A DNA stretch of 36,690 nucleotides from a virus, in IMG/VR virus record IMGVR_UViG_3300045988_098479, one strand, 5' to 3'. Below, piece after piece: positions 30,661-36,690 of the stretch; the first letter of the stretch is position 1, and the number at the start of each line of letters is the position of its first letter. Made by a program: the position numbers and the translations under genes. The notes under the pieces were generated by a model, which was not told where the DNA came from, did not search any database, and saw nothing but the letters and a program-made list of their open reading frames with translations.

Positions 30661-30875
30661 TACATCCTCCTGTTCCATGCTTCGCGCGCTTTGTCCCATC
30701 TGCATTCATCAGGCTCAACCTCGTTCCCGGTGATAACCGGGCCGGACGCCTTACACTTTCGACAGTAGACGAAGTGTGCGTAGTTGTCGGCATCTGCTTC
30801 CCTGCTGTAGAGATTTGAGAGGACCATTTTGCTACCGCAGAACGGACAGGGTTTCAGCTTGATTTTGTCGGTCAT
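30660..30875 (-). CDS. lar: Lar-family restriction alleviation-like protein (71 aa)
   Basis: The product begins MTDKIKLKPCPFCGSK, contains CRKCKASGP and ends AREAWNRRM, which fits the Lar-family pattern. GAAGGAGG lies upstream of ATG 30875. Confidence 0.65.
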   Translation of the reverse strand: MTDKIKLKPCPFCGSKMVLSNLYSREADADNYAHFVYCRKCKASGPVITGNEVEPDECRWDKAREAWNRRM

Positions 30876-31066
30876 TCGTCCTCCTTCTCCAGCTTGCGCC
30901 CGCAGAACGGGCAGAAGCAAATCGGAAAGCTTTCAACAAACAGTTCTCCAACGGCTATGACATATTTGCCGTTGTCGTTGTTCTCGATCCACATACCGTA
31001 GTCATCGTCTCGGCTGAAATTGAAGCGAATCTTGCCGCAGTAGACGCATGTGTTTTGCTGCAACAT
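30872..31066 (-). CDS. Small zinc-finger protein (64 aa)
   Basis: The product contains CVYCGK...CFCPFCGRK. It overlaps both neighbouring genes. Confidence 0.55.
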   Translation of the reverse strand: MLQQNTCVYCGKIRFNFSRDDDYGMWIENNDNGKYVIAVGELFVESFPICFCPFCGRKLEKEDE

Positions 31067-31467
31067 CAGTCCTCACCCCTCAGCTTGTGGATGCGCTTCT
31101 TGATGTCCTCAAGCGCTATCGAAGTGCAGCCACGAGATTCATTGCCGGAGATGGTGCAATTATTACAGTCCAAATTCTGGTTGTAGTACATGCAAAGGTT
31201 GCTCTCTTCAATGCACCTGTCCAAGTCCTCCTCCAATTTCTCCCATGTGTCGGGCTCGGGCGTGGTGAGGTACACGAGTGCTGGGTCGAGCGCAAATCCA
31301 CGGTCGGTAATCGCACGCCATTTGTTCGACCATCCGTCACTCAAATCAAAGTCCGTGGTGAATGTCCAGCGCACGATGCTATATACGTTCCCGTCACGGT
31401 TGAACAGCGCCACGGTATCAAGCGGTATCTCGCGGCCCTCGGCATCTCTCGGCAACTCGACACTCAT
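31066..31467 (-). CDS. Hypothetical protein (133 aa)
   Basis: ATG 31467 overlaps the upstream TGA. The region is AT-richer. The product has a Cys cluster, CMYYNQNLDCNNC. Confidence 0.6.
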   Translation of the reverse strand: MSVELPRDAEGREIPLDTVALFNRDGNVYSIVRWTFTTDFDLSDGWSNKWRAITDRGFALDPALVYLTTPEPDTWEKLEEDLDRCIEESNLCMYYNQNLDCNNCTISGNESRGCTSIALEDIKKRIHKLRGED

Positions 31468-31769
31468 CACTCAAACTCCTCGTAGTCGCGGCACTCGCCG
31501 CACTCGTCCTCGCAGTACAGCAGGTTCCCCGTGAGCCACGCCGCGGCCCACTTCGCCAGGCGCCAGCGTCCCTCCTTGCGGTCGGGCGCCTCCGTGTCGT
31601 AGGCGCGCTCGAACGCGAGGTGGCAGTAGCCGTAGTCGACGTGGATGTCGCATCCGCAGAAGTGCCTGCAGTTCCCGCACATCCTGGGCTCGCAGGCCCC
31701 GCCGAAGTGACGCTCGATGGCGGCGTCCGTCACCCCCATCGGGTAGCCGCCGACCCTCGAGTCACTCAT
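31467..31769 (-). CDS. Cys-rich hypothetical protein (100 aa)
   Basis: The product contains CGNCRHFCGCD...CHLAF...CEDECGEC. The frame is coherent and the start overlaps the upstream gene. Confidence 0.6.
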   Translation of the reverse strand: MSDSRVGGYPMGVTDAAIERHFGGACEPRMCGNCRHFCGCDIHVDYGYCHLAFERAYDTEAPDRKEGRWRLAKWAAAWLTGNLLYCEDECGECRDYEEFE

Positions 31770-32070
31770 CGCAGTCCGCCCCCCCTACGCTATCGTCGAG
31801 CAGGTCGATGGCATCCCCGACGGTCGCCTCGATGCTCGTCAGCTGGCGGCGCAGGTTCTGCACGAGGTTCGCGCCGGCGACCTCCGCCCTTCCCGCCTCG
31901 TAGGCGCGCTCGATCATGTCGGTCACCGCGACCTGCATCGCCGTGTCGTTGTAGCCGCGCCTGACGCGGTACTTCCCCAGGTAGGCGTGCGCCCTGTCCT
32001 GCGGCCTGCACTCGCGGTCGAAATGGAACACCTCGACCGCGTCGGCCTTGATCTGCTCCAAAGTCTCCAT
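31762..32070 (-). CDS. Hypothetical protein (102 aa)
   Basis: ATG 32070 overlaps the MazG-like stop. The upstream part of ORF 31762..32268 is off-context. Confidence 0.55.
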   Translation of the reverse strand: METLEQIKADAVEVFHFDRECRPQDRAHAYLGKYRVRRGYNDTAMQVAVTDMIERAYEAGRAEVAGANLVQNLRRQLTSIEATVGDAIDLLDDSVGGADCDE

Positions 32071-32372
32071 CACAAACGTCCCCTCTCTCGGTTCCTCTCG
32101 TTGCAGCGCTCGATTGCCGCGTCCACGTCCTCCTGCGTGAACCCCTCGGCGTCGAGCAGGCTGACGACCGCCTGGACCACGTCCATGCACTCGTCGATGA
32201 GGTCGCGTCTTAGCTCGTCGCAAAAGGCCGCGATCCGGCAGTCCCGGTAGTCGTCGCAATCCTGCCAAGCGCCGTATACCTCGGCCGCCTCCTCGAGCGG
32301 CTTGAGCGCCTGCACCTTGGGTGCATCCGGCTCATCGAGCGCCCCGAACTCGAACCTGTATCCGTCGCGCAT
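32070..32372 (-). CDS. MazG-like nucleotide pyrophosphohydrolase (small all-alpha NTP-PPase)
   Basis: The segment KPLEEAAEVYGAW...RRDLIDECMDVVQAVVSLLDAEG...IERCNERNRERG fits the MazG EEAAE...DE..D helix pattern. Confidence 0.65.
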   Translation of the reverse strand: MRDGYRFEFGALDEPDAPKVQALKPLEEAAEVYGAWQDCDDYRDCRIAAFCDELRRDLIDECMDVVQAVVSLLDAEGFTQEDVDAAIERCNERNRERGRL

Positions 32373-32605
32373 CAGATGCGCCTCCCCTCCGCCAGCGCCG
32401 CACGCATGGCGTTGACCTCTCGGCCCGTCTCACTCCTCGTTCCGAGGTACACGTCCACGGGCCGCTTGCTCGCGTCCCTTCGCGCCACGTTCTCGCACCA
32501 CCCGCAGCAGTACCTCTGGTTCCTGTACGCCGTGCGGAACCGCCTGCCGCACTGCCTGCACTCGAGCACGTAGCCACCGCGCCTGTCCCACGACTCAGCC
32601 CTCAT
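32372..32605 (-). CDS. Hypothetical Zn-ribbon-like protein (77 aa)
   Basis: The product contains CRQCGRRF...YCCGWCEN. It is coupled to both neighbouring genes. Confidence 0.55.
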   Translation of the reverse strand: MRAESWDRRGGYVLECRQCGRRFRTAYRNQRYCCGWCENVARRDASKRPVDVYLGTRSETGREVNAMRAALAEGRRI

Positions 32606-32837
32606 GTCGCGCCTCCCAGTAGTTGCACCTCGCGAGCCCCTGCGTGGCGTGCACGAAGTCGGGGCAGCGCATGCACGTGCACCGCTTGCGGCCCTCGCCC
32701 GACTCCGACATGACCGTCTCGCTCACGGCGCAGAACCCGCATGTCTCGCAGCGGGCGCTGCGCGGCCCCTCGTCGTAGATGCTTGCTGACCCCTTCGGTC
32801 TGCCCATGTTCTCGCTCCTCTCGTCGTCCAAGCTCAT
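32595..32837 (-). CDS. Cys-rich hypothetical protein (80 aa)
   Basis: ATG 32837 has GGAGGG upstream and overlaps the upstream stop as ATGA. The product contains CETCGFC...CTCMRC. Confidence 0.55.
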   Translation of the reverse strand: MSLDDERSENMGRPKGSASIYDEGPRSARCETCGFCAVSETVMSESGEGRKRCTCMRCPDFVHATQGLARCNYWEARHEG

Positions 32838-33706
32838 GACGCCCTCCTCTCGCATGCGGCCCTCGCGTCCAGCAGGCGCCGCGCGTCCTGGTACGCCTTG
32901 AGCGCCACCGGGTCGGCGGTCGTCCCCCTCGGGGCCTTCACCTTCGCCGGGTCGATGCCCGGGTGCTCCTCGCGCCACCTGCGCTCGAGCTCCGACCTCG
33001 TCTGCTCGGGCGTCCTCGTGGGCCTGAACGTGGCCGCCTCGACCTCCGAGGCGGTGGGCTTGCCCCTCGCCCGGTCGTCGGCGTCGATGCGCTTCTGGCG
33101 CCTGGACCAGTCGAGCGCGAGGGCGCCCCAGTTGCTCACCGGCTGGCCGTTGCCCTTGACCCAGCCCTGGGACTCGAAGTAGGCCCAGAAGGCGTCCGGG
33201 TCGCCGCTCAGGCAGTTGGCGCCGAAGTACCCGCGGGCCTCCTCCAGCGACGGCGGCTCGAACTCGGGCGGCGCGGCGGGGGCATCGCCCCCATCACAGG
33301 ACAGCTCAGCACAATCCAGTTCAGGACAGGACAGGCTAGGGTAGGTTAGGTTAGGGTTTTCGCTTTCCGAAACCTGCGTTTCGAGTTTGTCGGAAACTGG
33401 TTTCCCGTTTGAAAAACCTAGGTTTTCACTTTCCGAAACCGGGGTTTCGGGTTTGTCGGAAACTGGTTTCTTGCGCGGGCGGCCTCCCTTGCCGCCCCTG
33501 CCGCGCGCGTCCTTGGAGTTGTCGATGGCGTTCTTCATCGCCTTGAAAACGCGGCGGAGGTGCTTAGGAAGGTCGGCCTCGACGCCGTGCAGCCCGTACA
33601 TCATGATCGCGTCGGCGAGCATCGCGCGGTCGCGCAGGTCCTCGGGGTCGCTCGCGTCGAAGTCGTCGTAGACCTCGGCAAAGCTGTCGAACACGGTGAA
33701 GGCCAT
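32834..33706 (-). CDS. Replisome organiser / replication initiator-like protein carrying internal iterons
   Basis: ATG 33706 is the start. The N-terminus reads FDSFAEVYDDFDASD...AIMMYGLHG...FKAMKNAIDNSKD. The C-terminus reads FWAYFESQGWVKGNGQPVSNWGALALDWSRRQ, which is DnaD/phage-O-like. The central low-complexity linker is encoded by the repeats. Confidence 0.65.
   Translation of the reverse strand: MAFTVFDSFAEVYDDFDASDPEDLRDRAMLADAIMMYGLHGVEADLPKHLRRVFKAMKNAIDNSKDARGRGGKGGRPRKKPVSDKPETPVSESENLGFSNGKPVSDKLETQVSESENPNLTYPSLSCPELDCAELSCDGGDAPAAPPEFEPPSLEEARGYFGANCLSGDPDAFWAYFESQGWVKGNGQPVSNWGALALDWSRRQKRIDADDRARGKPTASEVEAATFRPTRTPEQTRSELERRWREEHPGIDPAKVKAPRGTTADPVALKAYQDARRLLDARAACERRAS
33354..33470. 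repeat. Two 51-bp direct repeats (period 66 bp) rich in GAAAC/GTTTC: candidate origin iterons
   Basis: 33354-33404 and 33420-33470 differ at only 4 positions. Each contains short palindromes (CGAAAC-ctgc-GTTTCG, CCGAAACC-gg-GGTTTCGG, GAAAC-tg-GTTTC). The region forms an AT-rich island inside the gene. Confidence 0.65.
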
Positions 33707-33816
33707 CAGAACCACCCCCATAGAAGCGAAGAGAAGAACAGGAAACCCGCGGAGAAGGAGGCGGCGAACAGGGCCGCCTCCCAGTGGTCGCGGATGATGT
33801 CGGGTACGTGCCTCAT
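33706..33816 (-). CDS. 36-aa hydrophobic micro-protein (tentative)
   Basis: ATG 33816 overlaps the ssb TGA and its own TGA overlaps ATG 33706. The product is MRHVPDIIRDHWEAALFAASFSAGFLFFSSLLWGWF. Confidence 0.35.
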   Translation of the reverse strand: MRHVPDIIRDHWEAALFAASFSAGFLFFSSLLWGWF

Positions 33817-34292
33817 CAGAACGGCACGTCCTCGTCGTAGAACTCGGACTGCGGGACCGCGGCGTAGGCCTGCTGGGCGCTCCACTGCGGCGCTGCCTGC
33901 GCCCGGGACTGCACGGGTACCGTGTCCGCGAGGCTCTGCTGCGGCTGGGCCTGCGTCTGCCCCTCACGGCGCACCATGACCTCGATCTCGTCGACGATAA
34001 CCTCGAGCTTGCTGCGCTTCTGCCCGTCGCGCTCCCAGGAGCTGTAGCGCAGCTTGCCCTCGATCGCGACCTTCATGCCCTTGGCAAGGAAACGGCCCAC
34101 GGCCTCGGCGCGGTTACCGAACATCGTGCAGTCGACGAAGTTGGGGTAGTCCTCCCACTCGCCCGTCTGCGCGTTGCGTCGGCGGTCGTTCACGGCGACG
34201 CCGAAGGACAGGACCTGCGTCCCGCTCGCCGTGGCGCGCAGCTCGGGGTCGCGGGTCAGGTTGCCGGTGATGTTCACTCGGTTGATGCTCAC
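33816..34292 (-). CDS. ssb: Single-stranded DNA-binding protein
   Basis: GTG 34292 has AAAGGAGG upstream. The OB-fold N-terminus reads INRVNITGNLTRDPELR. A Gln/Ala-rich linker leads to the acidic tip DEDVPF. Confidence 0.9.
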   Translation of the reverse strand: MSINRVNITGNLTRDPELRATASGTQVLSFGVAVNDRRRNAQTGEWEDYPNFVDCTMFGNRAEAVGRFLAKGMKVAIEGKLRYSSWERDGQKRSKLEVIVDEIEVMVRREGQTQAQPQQSLADTVPVQSRAQAAPQWSAQQAYAAVPQSEFYDEDVPF

Positions 34293-34630
34293 TGCCCGTC
34301 CTCCTTTGCGGTCATGCAGCCCTTGATGGCATCGACGAGGCGCGGCCCCTGCATGTAGCCCAGGCCGCTCACGCGGCGGCCGTCGCGGATATGGCACGCC
34401 TCGACGATCTTCTGCGCCGTGACCGGGCCGATGCCCGGGAACGAGCGGGCGAACTCCTCGACCTTGAGCCTCTGCGCGATGGGCGCCTCGATGGCGACCT
34501 CGGGCGGGATGTTGCCCGCCTTGCAGGCGGCCTTGAACGCGGCGCGCTCGCGGCGCGTGTGGACGGCCTTCGCCATCGCCTCCTTGCGCTGCTCCGGCGT
34601 TCGGAGCGGCGGTAGGTTTTTCTCCTCCAT
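34289..34630 (-). CDS. Actinobacterial IHF (mIHF)-like helix-hairpin-helix DNA-binding protein
   Basis: The segment PLRTPEQRKEAMAKAVHTRRERAAFKAACKAG...FPGIGPVTAQKIVEA...RRVSGLG resembles the mIHF pattern (from memory only). Confidence 0.6.
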   Translation of the reverse strand: MEEKNLPPLRTPEQRKEAMAKAVHTRRERAAFKAACKAGNIPPEVAIEAPIAQRLKVEEFARSFPGIGPVTAQKIVEACHIRDGRRVSGLGYMQGPRLVDAIKGCMTAKEDGQ

Positions 34631-34633
34631 GTC

Positions 34634-35599
34634 CTACATCCTCTCGACGTATCCGTGAATGCCGTTCTCGACCATGACGGCCCTCGCGCGGCGAAGCTCG
34701 TCCGCCGTGGCACACTCGATGACCACGCGGTAGCCCCTCTGCGGCGCTGGGGCCGCATCCTCGGCCATATCCGGCTCGGGGCGCGACGGGACCGCCCGCA
34801 CACACCTCGGCACGCCCAAGGGCGGCTCAGGTTCCTCGACGGGCAGCGGCTCGGGCTCCGGCTCGGGCTCCGGTGCGGGCGCCATCGCCTGCTCGTAGGT
34901 CGCCGCGAGTGCGGCGGCCTTGGCGACCTCCTCGCGATGCGCGGCGACCGCAGCCGCAACCTCGCCCGAGTCCGCCGGCAGCGTCCTCGTCCACCACGCG
35001 ACGGCCCACGCCTTCTCGGACTCGTCCGCGTAGTCCAGCCCGTTGACGAACTTGAACTGGTGCAGCAGCTCGCCCACGCGGCGCTCGATGACGTTCTTGG
35101 CCTTGACCTCGCCGAAGCTCGCGTTGAGCCACTTGTCGTCGGCGATGCGCTCGTAGGGCACCAGCGGCCCCATCTCGCCCGCGAGGTCGTAGTAGTGGCC
35201 CTTGAGCGCGGTGAGGCGGCGCTTCCTGCACTCGCCGTCGTATCGGTCGATTTCGGCCTTGTACTCATCGGAGAGCTTGTCGATGGGCGTCGTGATCTCG
35301 CCAATGGTCTTGTCGAACGTCTTGAGCAGGTCGCTATACTTCTTCTTCGCGGCCTTGCGCTGCTCCTCGATGGGCTTCTTCATGTCGTTGACCGCCGCGC
35401 GGTACTTCTTCGCCGCCTTGAAGTCCTCGTCCTTCTCGATGTGCTTGACGTCCATGTAGTCCGCCAGCTTCTCGTCCACGTTCTTCTTGAGCTTCGCCAG
35501 CTTGTCCTCGAGCGTGTCGTCGATGGCGAGCGACGCCACCAGAGTGTCGAAGTCCTCCTCGAGCGGCACGGCCTCGACTGCCAAAACCTCATCTGCCAT
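34634..35599 (-). CDS. DUF1351-like protein of the RecT recombination module
   Basis: The product is 321 aa and Lys/Glu/Asp-rich, with a (PE)n linker. The gene lies immediately downstream of recT, which is typical for this family. Confidence 0.55.
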   Translation of the reverse strand: MADEVLAVEAVPLEEDFDTLVASLAIDDTLEDKLAKLKKNVDEKLADYMDVKHIEKDEDFKAAKKYRAAVNDMKKPIEEQRKAAKKKYSDLLKTFDKTIGEITTPIDKLSDEYKAEIDRYDGECRKRRLTALKGHYYDLAGEMGPLVPYERIADDKWLNASFGEVKAKNVIERRVGELLHQFKFVNGLDYADESEKAWAVAWWTRTLPADSGEVAAAVAAHREEVAKAAALAATYEQAMAPAPEPEPEPEPLPVEEPEPPLGVPRCVRAVPSRPEPDMAEDAAPAPQRGYRVVIECATADELRRARAVMVENGIHGYVERM

Positions 35600-36498
35600 C
35601 AGAAGCCTCCCAGAAGGTCGTCGTCGGTCGCATACTCGGCGGGCGCGGGCTCATAGACGGGCGCGGGCTCCGGCTCGGGGATGGCGGGCTCGGGCTGCGC
35701 CTTGCGTGCCGCGATCTTCTCCTCCATCCACGAGGCCGCGCGGCGCGCCTGCATCTGCGTCATGTCGCGCATGCTGCCCGACGAGCAGCCCACGGCGGCG
35801 CAGATGGCGGCCATGGCCCCGGCGCTGTCGAGCCCAGTCGCCGCCATGAACAGCTTGAACAGGTCGCGCACGGGCTGCAGGTCGGCCACGGGCTCGACGC
35901 TCTCGGCCTCGACAGCCTGAGTGCCGGCGCGCATGTCCTGCGCGACCTTCTGGTCCATCTCCTCGCCCGTGTACATCCCGCCGAACTCGTCGGGATAGGC
36001 CAGACGCCACGCGCCGGCCTTGGCGCACTTCTCGATCATGACGCCCGGCATCTTCGCCCAGTTGCTCTTGCCGGTGCTGTAGTCGGTTAGCGCCAGCTCC
36101 ACGTAGGCCGGCTCCTTGCCGTCCTTGAACTGCACCTCGGCCCAGCCGCCGAGAAGCTGCTCGCCCACCTGCTTGTAGACGGCGCTGCCGCGCTTCTTGA
36201 CGATCTGCCCCTCGCGCATCACCACGACGCCGCTCTTGATGCCGCCGTAGCTCTCCTGGCGGTTGGCGCGTCGGTTGAACACCTGGTAGGAAGTGATGAT
36301 GCTCGCCGGCGCGTTGCCGTACTTGATGAGGTAGACCTCCTTGGTGAAGGGGTTCAGGTGCTGGCGGTTGCAAAGCTCCACGCACAGCGCCAGCTCGCTG
36401 TCGGTCGCGTTGGGGCACAGGCGCTCGCGGATGTCCTGCGAGGTGAACTTGACGGGCATGCCCGCGTCGTCCTTGAACTCGATGATCTCGTTACTCAT
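35599..36498 (-). CDS. recT: RecT-family single-strand annealing recombinase
   Basis: The segments LALCVELCNRQHLNPFTKEVYLIKYGNAPASIITSYQVF and MPGVMIEKCAKAGAWRLAYPDEF match the conserved RecT/Bet core. Confidence 0.85.
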   Translation of the reverse strand: MSNEIIEFKDDAGMPVKFTSQDIRERLCPNATDSELALCVELCNRQHLNPFTKEVYLIKYGNAPASIITSYQVFNRRANRQESYGGIKSGVVVMREGQIVKKRGSAVYKQVGEQLLGGWAEVQFKDGKEPAYVELALTDYSTGKSNWAKMPGVMIEKCAKAGAWRLAYPDEFGGMYTGEEMDQKVAQDMRAGTQAVEAESVEPVADLQPVRDLFKLFMAATGLDSAGAMAAICAAVGCSSGSMRDMTQMQARRAASWMEEKIAARKAQPEPAIPEPEPAPVYEPAPAEYATDDDLLGGF

Positions 36499-36690
36499 TG
36501 ATGGTCACCTCTCCGTCCTTGATCTCGACCTTCTCGATGTTCACGCCTGCCAGCTCGGCGAACACGCCACGCGGCCCGTCCAGCTTGTAGATGCGCTCCA
36601 TGCGGCCAGCGCTGCCGACAATGCAGTCGTAGATTTCGAGGTCCTGCGCATCGGCTCCCAATAGCTTCAGACTGAACAGAAGCCCGTAGG
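36491..36690 (-). CDS. Hypothetical protein, 3-prime part (the same gene as 1..289 across the circular junction)
   Basis: The frame is open from the window end to TAA 36491-36493. Bases 36550-36690 duplicate 1-141. Confidence 0.7.
   Translation of the reverse strand, partial: YGLLFSLKLLGADAQDLEIYDCIVGSAGRMERIYKLDGPRGVFAELAGVNIEKVEIKDGEVTINE
36550..36690. repeat. Terminal redundancy: identical to 1..141
   Basis: 141/141 identity to the start of the window. Confidence 0.95.

Noticed and set aside
1-36690. The 141-bp end duplication read as prophage att sites or long terminal repeats
   Set aside because: The repeat lies inside a CDS that reads in frame across the junction. The real attP, with its tRNA fragment next to int, is at 5735-5792. 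A circular-assembly overlap is the simpler explanation.

Overview
The window is a complete, circularly closed genome of a temperate siphovirus-like phage or excised prophage. Bases 1-141 are identical to 36550-36690, so the unique length is 36,549 bp. GC content is high, and a phage-encoded actinobacterial-type IHF-like gene suggests an Actinomycetota host (inference only). The plus strand carries only the lysogeny module and one extra gene. The lysogeny module is a CI-like repressor, an unknown gene, and a tyrosine integrase beside an attP that contains the 3-prime 45 nt of a tRNA-Arg(UCU)-like gene. The extra gene is a second, smaller tyrosine recombinase. Everything else is one long minus-strand programme that runs across the coordinate origin. 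In order it encodes a cro-like HTH and small ORFs, an SPFH/band-7 protein, and an Xis-like HTH. Next come RusA, RecT, DUF1351-like, mIHF-like and SSB genes, then a replisome organiser with internal iterons. A block of small Zn-ribbon, MazG and Lar genes ending in an XRE HTH follows, then an HTH/Zn-ribbon gene and a terminator. The late region encodes terS, terL and portal, a fibre-like gene split at a poly-G tract, and a MuF-HExxH fusion with two small AT-richer genes. It continues with gp10-like, scaffold, capsid, connectors, major tail, G/GT chaperones with a -1 slippery site, TMP, Dit and Tal. It ends with the receptor-binding tail fibre and then the lysis cassette. The standout feature is a shufflon-like system at 7905-11998. 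The expressed tail-fibre gene carries a 12-bp core, ATTCCGTATCCC. Eight more copies follow (5 direct, 3 inverted), and each is followed in the same reading phase by a start-less open cassette of 79-115 codons. The array abuts the second tyrosine recombinase, whose stop codon lies in the outermost site. This predicts recombinase-driven switching among up to nine alternative receptor-binding C-termini. Many long ORFs in the supplied track are antisense or off-frame products of high GC content and were not called.
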